Origin: Octopus vulgaris
Taxonomy: Eukaryota
DNA: 64,000 nucleotides
Direction: 5' to 3'
Assembly: GCA_951406725.2 (NCBI GenBank)
Contig: OX597823.1
Location: forward strand, 68,262,001-68,326,000
Positions within the stretch are counted from its first letter, which is position 1. Each line of letters opens with the position of its first letter. Below, piece by piece: positions 38,153 to 50,772 of this stretch. Made by a program: the position numbers and the translations under genes. A model generated the notes under the pieces. The model worked only from the letters and a program-made list of their open reading frames with translations, had not been told where the DNA came from and did no database searches.

Positions 38153-41100
38153 ACCTTGTATATGTGTGTGTGTGTGTGTGTGTGTATACATGCACACATA
38201 TATACACATATGTGTGAAGGCACATGGGCTAATGATTTGGTATGTTGTACTCATGATCATGGGATCATGTTCAATTCCCAGACTGGCTGTGCATTGTGAC
38301 TAGTGATGTATAGCATCTGATAATCTAGTCGATCCCTTGATCACATGATATATGTATGTACAGATGCATATATATATATATATATGCACATACATACACA
38401 CACATCTACATACATATACATATGTGCCTATATGCCAATGCATCTATACACACTCACACAGATGCAATGCACTCTCATTCTTCTTATTATGTGAAGATGT
38501 ATTACTTCATTAAATGTAACTTGTTGGATCCACTATTTAAATGTTCAGTGAAAAATGTACAAAATATGATTAAATAATGCATTTTTATATATTTGTTCGA
38601 TAAAGACCAGGTTCATTTATTTATTTATTTATTCTGTTATTTATACTGTAGCATAACAAGATATTTCAAGCCTGTTCATGCTAAGACTGAAAAACTGAAC
38701 CGTTCATATAAATGTTTATGATAAAATTTAAATCAATAATACAGTTTATATCAAAAAAACATCATATTGATTTAAAGCCATAAAAAATACAAAAAAAAAA
38801 AAAGGAAAGCGAAACTAACTTCTGAAATTTAATTTTACTGACATTTTGGCTTTGTATTTATATTTTTTCAAGTAAACAGTAATTTGCTCATCATTCATTC
38901 TAATAAGAGACTATTCAATGCAATAGTGAAATTAACTGGGAATCAGTTTAAAATATTGAGCAAAAAAGTTTAACAATAATGTTGTGTGGCATTTTTCTAA
39001 ATAAATTGGCTTTATTGACTCTTTAGATAGATTGATAGACTGAATGAGAATGAGACTGACAGAGTAAGAAAAAGAGAAAATGAGAAGAATGGAAGATACT
39101 GAGTGAGAATGAGAAAATAATGAATAAAAAAGGAGAGAACTAGAGAGAGAGAGAGAGAGAGAGAGGAAGATGAGATTAAGAGAGGTTTTGGAATGACAAA
39201 GTGATATTTGTGTGTAAACAATGTAATATGTAACTTTGTGATTAAATTTCATTTGTATTTTTATGGTTGTAGTTAGTATCAAATAAGTACGACAGTTCTC
39301 ATAAAAATCAAACAAACAATATTTATCATTAAATGTAAAACATTTGCTTCATGAGAAGGAAGTTAATAGTTAGAGGGAAAATGTGACTAAAAGATCATTT
39401 CTGTATGCTTAAATACTTGATGTATTTTTGTTGTTTTTAAAATTGTATAGGATGAGCACCATAGACTTTTTGTCATTCTAATTCATTGTCGGTACAGATG
39501 GAAAAATCTTGCAAATTTTAAAGTGTAACTAGAGAAAGGTGTTATTCATTAATTATTATTCAAAATCGATTAAATGAACTGCATATTGATTGATCACTTT
39601 ATATATTTTTAACAGAATCATTTATATATGAAGAACACAGTATCCGAATGATAACATTTCATCAGCATTCCCTTTGATTCTTTTCCGTTTGAAAGACACA
39701 CAAAAAAAAAATGCAAAAATTCTTCAAGAATTTTCAATTGAATCAAACTTTCATGATACAAAGTAAACATTTTCAAGAAAATGCAGAAGTTTTTGTTCAT
39801 ATTTTTTGTCACCAATTGCATGAATTATATGAACTTTTGACGGTGCATATAAAAAGATAGTAGGTTGCTAGAAATGCTTGACACTTCTCACAATGTCTTC
39901 ATATTTTACCATAAAATCTGAGTATTTTCTTCATGAGGCCTTGCCATCAAATTAAATGAAAGTGCCTGGAGGGGATATTAATGGATATTAATGGATATTA
40001 TTTCTAGAAACTCAGTATAAGTGACACAAGAGAACCAGTGTTTGCTAATGGAATATAGCTAATAATAAACACAAAAAATAATGGTTTATGTTAGTATGGC
40101 CAATTTAACTGATTCCAAGATAAATTTGGTAAACATTTATAAACTTAACTGATTGTAGCTTTGTAGACTCAAGTCTGCTGAATGACAAGGTGAGATCCAC
40201 AGATCTGAATATACCACACCTTCATCTAAATAGAAACATGCAATGATCCATTTTTGTAGTACAGTACAGCAGTCAGAACATATTGAATATTCTTCTCTAT
40301 TTACTTTTGTTTTGTATATTGTTGTTTTGCTCCATGACAGCCCTGAGTAAGCGAACCAGTCTCAGAAATCCAGGCACAATATATCTAGGACAACATTATC
40401 AAACACATGATTGATTTTTTGAAGATATTAGTTGTTATTCAAGAGAGATTTGGTTAATATTTCCAGCAGATGGAGTGCTTGCATAATGGCTTCCTCATTA
40501 GCTAAGTATTTCCACAAACTACACTGAATCTTTTTAAACAGTATAACCTGCTAATCAAAAATGGAGCATGAATTCATTCAATGTCACATATTTTTTGCTG
40601 TCTAATGATTCACACTTCCCTTAGCTTTGAGAAAAATGCTGAATTTGCAAGTATGTCTAACCCATTACAAAATTAAAAAGAATTACATCAAATGAAATAA
40701 AACAATCATATCATATTAGTAATATATAATAATGTTAAGTAGTTAAATCGTTTGATATAAGAGATGAAAAAATAGAAATAATATTTGAAATATGACAGTA
40801 TTGGTATATTTAAGAGTAAACCAAAAGAAAAATAGATATAAATATATAATGAACTGGTTTCACATTGTGCTTAATTTTTATGTAACAGCTGGTATTTCCA
40901 CGGAAAACAGACATGGTCAAGGTAGTAAATTGGTAATGTATCTTTCATGCAAACTAATCATTTCATTCAAGCACAATGCACTTTCTTTTCTGCATGCATT
41001 ATATATGTTCATCTGGGATATTACTGTAGATCCTTGCTATAAAATATAGCATACTGATTTCATCAATAAAACAGAAAGCCACTATCTACCTTCATCAGAT

Positions 41101-41202
41101 GCAATACTATTATTATAATGGAGTATTTATAATGGACAAAGATTTATTAAAAGAAAGCCACACACACACACGTGTTGCTATTGCATTAGTAACTGTGGAT
41201 AA

Positions 41203-41256
41203 CTGTGGTTATCTATATGGTATTTTCTGTTCAGAATACCACATAGATAACAGGAG
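41203..41256. other. Compact hairpin, candidate pre-miRNA
   Basis: GTTATCTATATGGTATT (41208-41224) pairs with AATACCACATAGATAAC (41235-41251) with one mismatch. Confidence 0.35.
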
Positions 41257-42061
41257 AATTCCTGGTTTGTGTATTTCCATTGGTACAACATTTCGTCCAA
41301 TGCCAAGATATAAGATTTAAATTGTTCTGGTCACGTAACTGTAAATATATACCATGGGAGGATACAATTTACTATTTAGACAGTAAATGCATAAATTTTG
41401 GTGTAATGACTTCAAAATATCCTACAAATATCACTTGTAGATGATTAGATTCCATCACAGCTACTCATTAAACCTTTTTATTTCAAATATAGGTAAAAGT
41501 CCACAAAATTGATATAGTATATTCACCTCAAAAGCTGGGATTTATTTTATATTCACCAAACTATTTGAACTAAAAAGTTTTAAAAATGCTGTAACTACTG
41601 AATAGAGGTAATAAATATTGACAAAAAAATAATAAATAAAAATGCAGGTCATGTCATCTATTACAATGTAATCAACATGACAAATATTCCTTTCTAATAT
41701 GAAGAATTTGAATATCAGGATTTAAATATCAAAAAATGTTTAGTCTGTTTGCAAGAGTCAAAATTATTTAGAGTTTACTTTCAAAATAAGTTTTATACAT
41801 AATTTTGGACTTTAATGCAATTTAAACATCTTGAATCTATAATATACACTAACAAATTAAAAAAAATAAAATGTGGTGTACAAATGCATAACCTCACAAC
41901 AAAATTCAGGAACAACATGGTTCTTAAAATCAAAATTCAATAGTCTTGTTAGGAAACATGTATTTGTTTGGTGCAAATTAGTCCTATTTGGTGACATGTA
42001 GTGAATGGTTATAACTAATGAAAAACTAGAACTCTCAAAGAAACTTTTCCTATTTTTACTC

Positions 42062-42280
42062 AATGTCGTCGTTTTATGTCCATTTTCCATGCTAGCATGT
42101 TGGATGGTTCTCTGTGTTTTGAGTCAATACTTATTAAGGGCCATGGTTCTCATGGATTTGTGCATGAATATGTTATTTGGCTTGGTTTCAGCAAATAGAC
42201 ACTTTTTATACATACAACCACATAACAGAGCATATTGGGTGCATTTTCTTATGATACCAGCAATACACAAGAGATGTTGG
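42062..42280 (-). mobile_element. SINE family C 3' part, decayed
   Basis: GTCGTCGTTTTATGTCCATTTTCCATGCTAGCATGTTGGATGG. Confidence 0.65.
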
Positions 42281-45200
42281 TAAATTCAGAACAATACAAA
42301 ACTAAGACTTCAAAATCCTAAGCTTTCTCCCTTTCTCCTGTTCAATTGAATTTTGAAACAATATTAACTTTCCTTCCCATGATAACATGAATAAACATAT
42401 AACTTAAAGACTGTTATTTACCTTACTTTGATTTAGCAGAAATAATTCACATGAGTAATGAAAAGTAAAGTAAATTAATTTTGTCATTTTTCTTTGTTAT
42501 TCCAGTGAAATAAGTATCAATAGTATACACAACCTTTTATCATATAATTAGTTATATTTAATATTTTTAATAATTTATTTCTATAGCCAAGTGTCAAAAT
42601 TAATTGTAAACCACACACACATATGCTCTCTCTCTCGCACACACACATACACACACTCACACACAAACACATGTTTTATATATTTTTTTAATTAACAATA
42701 TTAACTAGTAGAAAATAAGCAAGAAAGATAATGAAAATTTAAAATATTTTTTTAAATAACCCTAAATTTTTAATGCCATTATAATATTTTTGTGTCTTCA
42801 TTTTGTTTCTTCATGGATATAGAGAAATGACCATAAAAAGTTAAAGTCCATATTTGGTTTTAAATATAGGATGCAAAGTAGATTTAGTTAGGTCTCATTA
42901 AGTAAGTTGATAGGACAAGATTGCTTACTGAATATTGGACAGAAAATTATGAATTCAACATTACAGAAACAGTAATGGAAATATCTTTACCAACTGTTGA
43001 CTTCAAATATTCTGTGTTTGATATTTGTGAAAGTGTTTTGTCTGTATCTAATAGATGCCATATATATGTATATATGCTTAGCCCAAAGTTGAACTCAAAC
43101 TTTTATGAAACAATGAGTTTTAATGCTGTTATTGACAATGCAGTGGCGAAGTAGTATTATCCAATCAAAGAAAAGAGATAGGAAAATTCAAACTTTATGA
43201 GTAATAAGAATTTATCAGCTCAATTTCAGCCTGTGTACATGATGTTTATTAGAAACAAAGAAAGATTGTTTTGCATAAGTATTAACTCATGCCCCAAAAT
43301 TCTGACAATACAGATATAGTATTGGCTACTAATTTATACAAAAGTCAAAGAAAATAACTAAAAACTTGTATTAATTATGCAGATCTATGTGATACTTTTC
43401 TATGTAATGAGTAACTCAGATCAGTTTTGATAAAGCTAACAATTAGAACAAATTCATTTAGTAATTGTAAACTTTTTTACAACCAGTTTGTGACATATTC
43501 CATTGATATAAACTAAAGCTAATTGCATATCTTGATGAAGGATGCCCAGGAAATAATGGCCATAAAACTATTATTTCATGGACTAACTAAAAGTTTTGTT
43601 TTATGCATAGCATTAAAAAAAACAGATTTTGTTTAATGTTATGCATAAAGCATGATACTTATCTCTGTGAACTGAAAACTTCACTGAGTTATATTACTTT
43701 GATGAGAAGGAAATCCTTCAAAAACAAAATCACCAGTAAAATTCTCTAACTGCTTTAAAATATCCTCATAAATTAGCAGACAACTAAAAGAAGGCAGAGA
43801 AAATGTCAGTTAATCTCAAACTTCTTTAATATGTAACATGACACAAAAGAAAAAATGTCTATGCAAATATACCTTCTATAAATTATATAAAGTAGGTTGT
43901 AAAATAATTTTTATAAAAAATCAAATTTCATAAAATGAAAAACAATATTTAGCAGCAGATACTAAACAGTTTTGAGTATCAAAATACAAAATTATGTAAA
44001 AATTAGAAATCTATAATTATATCTATTCAGAACACTAACTGTATCCAAAAGATAAATTAATGCAATAAATTTGATAAGGAAATCATTACAAATCTATAGT
44101 TCTTAGATATGCTTTAACTAGTGTACATTAAGCGACCTGCACATCATCTTTTATGCTTTATTTTCAAAAATTCCTTTTGATTGACACATTCTCTGATCAT
44201 CTTTAGGTGCTCTGAATTCAAGAATTACAAAATATACTCAATGTAAAGCTAGAAACTGAATTCCACATCAGAATAGTTTCTCTTACACACAGTGGAAAAA
44301 AAATTTCAGAAGACCTGGACATGGAGGATTAATTGAGAATTAAGCTGAGAGAAAAATCAAACAGTTAATAGAAAAATAGGTGTAAGATATGTAAAATTTT
44401 ACCAACTTTGTTTTTCTATGGAACTGAAGAAAGGTAAAACAAGATCTTGTATTAGAAATAAAGGTACTGAGATCAAACCCAGCCAAAGAATGTAAAGTCA
44501 GTTAATTATACTAATAATTATACCAACAGAAACATATAAAATAGATACATAAAAGATAAGGATAACTGGTCTATAAAATGGAAACTAATAAATCTATTAT
44601 CTGAAATGGTGTAAAAAGATATTAAGAGAAATAGTGAATAATGATAAAAATAGCATACAAGATTAATGATAAGCATGGCAACGGTGGAATTAGGTGGTGG
44701 AGGGAATCATTGTGCTTTCTGTTATTACTGTTGTTATTATTATTACTTATTTTTAACAAAGGAAACAGTAGAAATTAAACAAATTACAAAAAATAATATC
44801 AGGGAAAATAATCAATATATGGGAATTGATAGGAAAAAGTATAGAATACAGATATTAAATTCCGTTTTATGCAGCAGATTCAAAATGAAATTGTTACTGA
44901 ATATGTATAAAACTAGGTTAATTCTGATTTTAAAAACTAAATAAATTACTTGAAAGAATCAATATCAAAAGAGCAAACTATATGAATTCATAACAACAAA
45001 AGTAAATATAATATTAGTTAACTAATGTTCACTAGCAATTAAGATGCCTTACAGCAAACTATAATTAAACAAACTGAAAGAAATATTATGCATTAGTTAT
45101 GATTTTATTGATTATTATAGGGAGATTTGGCTGTGATATCTAGCAGATCAAGTGACCACATTCAAGTTCTCATGATGTAAAATTGAAATTATTCAATTAA

Positions 45201-45654
45201 CAAGTGATATCAATCATAATATTAATGCATTGGCAATAATAATTATATTTAATGAAAACAATATTGTTATAATGAAAATTTTTAAAAACTGAAGAATATT
45301 TTTAGCCAATGCTCTACCACCATCATTTACAACAAATGAAAGTAATTTTCTATTAGGGAAGTACCAATCCTTGAACACAAAATAATCCAAAAACAAAACA
45401 CAAGACAGAGTTTTTAAATAAGCAGTCCCTGTAAGATTTTTCTTTTCTTTTTTCTTTTTTGAAATGTTTTGCATTTCTGTTTTAAACTGTGAAAATTAGA
45501 AATCCTGGACCTTATGGTATGAAACAAACTTTTCAAAACAATTAGACAGTCTGATTCATTCCCCACCAGACAAAAAACAAAAAATCAATTCAAATATTCA
45601 ATAAACTTTATCACATATTACTGGTTTTTGGTTTCATTTGTGTTGGGCTACCTA

Positions 45655-45990
45655 AAAGTTTAGGGTAGGATTTTGAGTTAGAATTACAAGCTAGAGATTG
45701 GCATTAGGATCTAGAGGTAGTGTTTAAGATTAGAGTTTAAATGTACAGTTGGGTTTATGATTAGTGTTTAAGGGTACAATTGAGTTTAGAATTAGAATGT
45801 AGGGTAGCAGTTGTGTTTACAATTAGTGTTTAAAGTTAGGGTTGTAGGCGTTAGACATTAGGATTTGGTTTTAGGGCTAGGGTTACAATTTAGGTTGAGG
45901 ATTACGGTTTTCACTTAGGGTTGGTTTTTAGGTTAAAGTTTAAAACTAGAGTTTAGTGTCAAGAGTTAGGTACTAAGGGGTAGGAATATA
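45655..45990 (+). repeat. Degenerate TTAGGG-like array
   Basis: Many TTAGGG, TTAGAG, TTAGTG and TTAGGA variants at roughly 6-bp periodicity. Confidence 0.7.
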
Positions 45991-46404
45991 GGATGGCCCT
46001 TGGAAAATTGTAGTTTCATTCAAATATGTTTGTATCTGCTTATGCTTCATATTTTTACTCCATGCTTAAAACGAAAAAAGAAAGAAAGAAATCAGACTGT
46101 ACAATATTTGTTTTAAAGGAATTTGTTGCAACACTAAAGTCCAGGATACCTTAGAGACAGTGATTATGTGAATCTTCTTTTTCAATTTAAATTATTTTGA
46201 TTATTGCTTTAGTCATGCTTCTGCATTTCCAAAGACAACATTGGCTACAAGATTTTTACGTGTAAATTTTTTGCTATTTGCTTCTGAATCATATGTTGTA
46301 ACTGTAAATGATTCTGATTCTGAAAAGAAAAATCCACATGTTTTGATCTACATAAACCCCCTTTCAAAGATATTGACCATATACATTCTAATAGATGAGT
46401 ATGT

Positions 46405-46407
46405 AAG

Positions 46408-46497
<90 letters not shown>

Positions 46498-46531
46498 CAT
46501 ATTTATATATATATATATACATATACATATT

Positions 46532-46562
<31 letters not shown>

Positions 46563-46862
46563 ACATATATATATATATACATATATACACATATATACAC
46601 ATATATATATACATATATATATGTTATATATGTGGAGGTATATGTATGTGTGTGTATATGTCTGTGTGTGTTTGTCCCTGAAACATCGCTTGACAAACGA
46701 TGCTGGTGTGTCTACATCCCCGTAACTTAGAGGTTCGGCAAAAGAGACCAACAGAATAAGTACTAGGCTTACAATGAATAAGTCCTGGGGTCAATATGCT
46801 CGACTAAAGGCGGTGCTCCAGCATGGCCACAGTCAAATGACTGAAACAAGTAAGAGAGTAAA
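46405..46862 (+). mobile_element. (TA)n followed by the 3' half of a young SINE family A copy
   Basis: GTTTGTCCC..CATCGCTTGACAAACGATGCTGGTGTG..GGCGGTGCTCCAGCATGGCCACAGTCAAATGACTGAAACAAGTAAGAGAG. Confidence 0.9.
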
Positions 46863-47089
46863 ATAGTATGTATTATATACACCATCTCTAAAGAAACAAT
46901 AAATGAAGGAATTGAAAATTTGTAGAAACACAAAACACAAACATATACATATCCACAGACACTTATTTGTATGATTATGTATAAATATATATGTACAGAT
47001 ACATATATAGATAAATATACACACAGATATACATATGTACATATATGTGTATATGTGCATATATATATAAATATATGTATATATATATA

Positions 47090-47240
47090 TGTTGGTAAAA
47101 ATGGTAAGATAACAAAAGAAAGAAAGAGACCTCATATTATGTAAATAGAGGAAATTTATCTGTAAAATAACATGTGACAATTATTCAATAGTCAAGATAA
47201 AACTCTGAGTTTCGGATGCCAAAGTGGAAATCCACAACAT
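47090..47240 (-). mobile_element. Penelope-type terminal repeat fragment
   Basis: Minus strand GGCATCCGAAACTCAGAGTTTT resembles the 3' half of a hammerhead. It is embedded in TA-rich sequence. Confidence 0.4.
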
Positions 47241-47369
47241 ATATATGGGTGCATGTATGTACATATACATATGAGTTGTATATGTAGGTGTTGATGTGTA
47301 TAAATATTAATATACATGTTTAATATATGCATGTGGATACATCTTCACATATATATATTCTTCTACTAC

Positions 47370-48140
47370 TAAGCACTGACCTGTCCTCTAAGCAACCTAA
47401 CCTATATTCCCAAATTCTTCATTCCACCATTTTACTACTCCTACCCCTCTCTCTACCCCTCACTTAGGCTCTATCACTACATACCTGACACTCCTTTACT
47501 CTTTACACCCTCATACCTTTCTCTCTCTATCATCCTCACCCTCATTCCTTCTACCTGACACTCTTTTACTCTTTACCCTCTTATCTCTTTACTCTCTCAT
47601 ATCTTTCTCTCTCTATCACGCTCACCTCCCCATTCATTGTATCAATTTATCCTGACTGACCACTAACCAGTACACTTTCCCTCTCTTCATTTCTTTATTA
47701 TCTCTCTCCAGGCTTTTCTTTTTCTTCCCCTCTTCCTATTTTTGATTTGACCTTACAAACACATTCCCAACTTTTAAGTCACTTCAAAAAACCCTCAATT
47801 CAATAACACCATTTACAAACTCTATGCTTGGAATGACCAATTTTAAATACTATTGGAACTTACTCACAGGCTACAGTAATCTTATATGCATACCATTCTA
47901 CCTAAATAATGGAACTGCAGATGCATTATCCCTGCATATCTCACATCTATTTTCATTCCTCCACTTCACTCTCTATTTCATATCTTATCTAGAATAATTA
48001 TTGCTTAACCATTTTCTCCCACTGTTTCTGATGAAGGGATATATAAAATATTCCGGAAATATCTGTAAGACCTAGTTATAAATGTTCTGAAATCTTTCAC
48101 ACCCTTGGATTTTTATCTCATTCTGTTAATTTTTTGTTAT
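47370..48140 (+). mobile_element. Penelope-type 3' or terminal repeat region
   Basis: Pyrimidine-rich tract with a tandem duplication of about 70 bp, ending in a hammerhead motif and (TA)n. Confidence 0.5.
48024..48071 (+). ncRNA. Minimal type I hammerhead ribozyme motif (probably decayed)
   Basis: GTTT-CTGATGA-A-GGGATAT ataaa ATATTCC-G-GAAA-TATCTG-TA-AGAC, giving both core boxes, stems I and II, a very short stem III and a UA cleavage site. Confidence 0.6.
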
Positions 48141-48406
48141 ATATATATATATATACATATATATATTATCATCATTATGTAATAGTTTAAAATCTACTTC
48201 TACATGCTTGCATGGGTCAGACAGAATTTGTTGAGGCAGTAATTCTACAGCCATATATTCTTACCTGTGTCTAAGAAGGCAATATTTCTCCTGATCAAAC
48301 AAACTTTTTCTTTTTTGAAGAATGGAAACATCACTTGTATGATGGAAGCATTCATTTACAAATATCATGTGAGTTAAAATCAAAGTTACACACAAACACA
48401 CATATG

Positions 48407-48449
<43 letters not shown>

Positions 48450-48499
48450 GTATGTATGTATGTATGTGTGTATATATGAATGTGTGTGTGTATGTATAT

Positions 48500-48670
48500 A
48501 CACAGAACACACTTCTCTCAGTTTCTACCTGCTAGATATACTCGCAAGTTTTTAGTTGTTTGATGGCTATAGTAGAAGACATTTGCCCAAGGTACCATAC
48601 AGTGCAAATGAACATTGAAGAAAATCTTTGGAAAGGAAGTTCCTTAACCACACAACCACAACTCCACATA
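48500..48670 (-). mobile_element. SINE family A head
   Basis: GGCTATAGTAGAAGACATTTGCCCAAGGTACCA. Confidence 0.75.
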
Positions 48671-48774
48671 TTAGCACTAATGTATTATATAATTTATATA
48701 TATCTAACTATCTACTAATCTTTCTCTCTACATATATTCTATAATAATTTATAAATTATATAGTACATTAACTG

Positions 48775-48845
<71 letters not shown>

Positions 48846-49589
48846 ATAAATAGATAGAATCAGGCACATACAGATGAATAAATATGCCTACATACCTACA
48901 AAAGTGCACACACATATGTTAACATGAATCTTGATCTTTGCATTAATAAATACATGTGTAAATATCTCTATATATCAGTAGATATCATGTGTAATGTCAG
49001 ACCTGAAGTGACTTACATATTATAAACACATATGCAAATACATATATAAACCCACATGTTCAAACAAGAACTTCTCCATATATACATTATACACAGAGAT
49101 ACATATGTACAACCACAAAGTCTGTACAACCATATCATAATACACATCTCTACTGCTCTCTGCTGGAATCACATGTCAATTACAAAAAATTGAACACTAT
49201 ATATTTATCAAGTGTAGTTAATTTTAGTAATATAAAATTCTATATCTTCCTGAAAATAATAAAACATTAGCCGAGATAAAATTATATAACTAGTTAAAAA
49301 AAATACCCAAAGAAAAAAACCCACCAACCAATACTCTAAAAGCAAAAACATGAGAGTGAAATGGCAATAAATGTTATAGTATGTCAGATTCAACTTCTAA
49401 CAGCTATTAATTTTTCATATTAACAAGTAAAGTAATGTGTAAAATGAGTGACAAAAAAAGCTAAAAGAATAAAGTTAGTTTTATGTATTTAAACTTATAA
49501 ACACACACATATACACATGCATATATATACATACACACATGCACAAACCACAAACACACATAAACACATGCCCACATATATATGTATGT

Positions 49590-49985
49590 ATATTCTTTTA
49601 CTTGTTTCAGTCATTTGAATGCAACCATGCTGGAGCACCGCCTTCAGTTGAAAAAATTGGTCCCAGGACTTATTCTTTGTAAGCCTAGTACTTATTCTAT
49701 AGGTCTCTTTTTTTGCAGAACCACTAAGTAACAGGGACATAAGCACACCAACATCAGTTGTCAAGAGATGGTTGGGGGACAAACACAGACACAAATAACA
49801 AATACACACATACACACACATACAATGAACTTCTTTTAGTTTCTGTTGACCAAATCCACTCAAAAGGCTTTGGTCAGCCTGGGGCTGTAGCAGAAAACTC
49901 TTGCCCAAAGTGCTATGCAGTGGGATCGAACCTGGAACCATGTGGTTGGGAAGCAAGCTTCTTACCACACAGCCATGCCTGCACC
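49590..49985 (-). mobile_element. SINE family A, full length (tRNA head, CORE-like domain, tail)
   Basis: Minus strand GGTGCAGGCATGGCTGTGTGGTAAGAAGCTTGCTTCCCAACCACATGGTTCCAGGTTCGATCCC (A and B boxes), then CACTTTGGGCAAGAG and the family tail. Confidence 0.92.
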
Positions 49986-50016
<31 letters not shown>

Positions 50017-50169
50017 GCATACACACACATACCTTCATCCATCCATCTTCTCTACTCTCTATTCCCTTGTTGGTCATGGGTGTAGAGTCCTCAGGCACCA
50101 CCTCCATAGGGTCCTGGCAGAAGCAACAGTTATTACACTTTCCATTTGGATTATATATAGATATAAATC

Positions 50170-50372
50170 CCCCCAAAATGAAGAACAAACATAACAAGAA
50201 AAAAAACTACGTAAGGACATAGTACATGGGGAGTATTAGCAGATGCTCAGGGAAAGAAAGAAAGGTAGTCTTTATGTTTCAAGCAAAGCTCTTTGTCAAG
50301 AATAGGAGACGGAAGAAAGTCCAAGTGAAAAGGAAGATCACCAACGATCCACATGTGGTTATATATAGACAT
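50170..50372 (-). mobile_element. Penelope-type terminal repeat with an eroded hammerhead core
   Basis: Minus strand TTGACAAAGAGCTTTGCTTGAAACATAAAGAC at about 50268-50299. Confidence 0.45.
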
Positions 50373-50772
50373 TTAAATACTTATACATTCACATATGTAT
50401 ATATGCATATATAAAATTTGAGTAAATTTTCCATGTGATCTTGAAACATATAAGATCAGATATCCATGAGAATCCAAATCATGCTCTTGCAGCACTCTAA
50501 GCACTAGGTCATGTACCATCACACACACATATACATACATACATGCATGCATACATATATATATATATATATTCATTTACATATATATTTATATGTACAT
50601 ATGCACATGCATACATATATATGTATGTGAGTGTGTAAATACTTATATATGCATATATGTGTATGTATATAATTATTTATATCATAGAATTTGTGTAAAT
50701 TTCTACAGTACCTTGAAACATAAAAGATAACATACAACTACAGACACATGCACAGACATACACATACATATA

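Noticed and set aside
39615-39860. Coding-looking plus-strand stretch after an AG
   Set aside because: Stops in all frames and no recognisable family.
42921-43154. 77-aa ORF
   Set aside because: Non-ATG start, no splice signals or motifs. ORFs of this length are expected by chance.
49900-49985. tRNA-like A and B boxes
   Set aside because: This is a SINE head that continues into CORE-like and tail sequence, not a tRNA gene.
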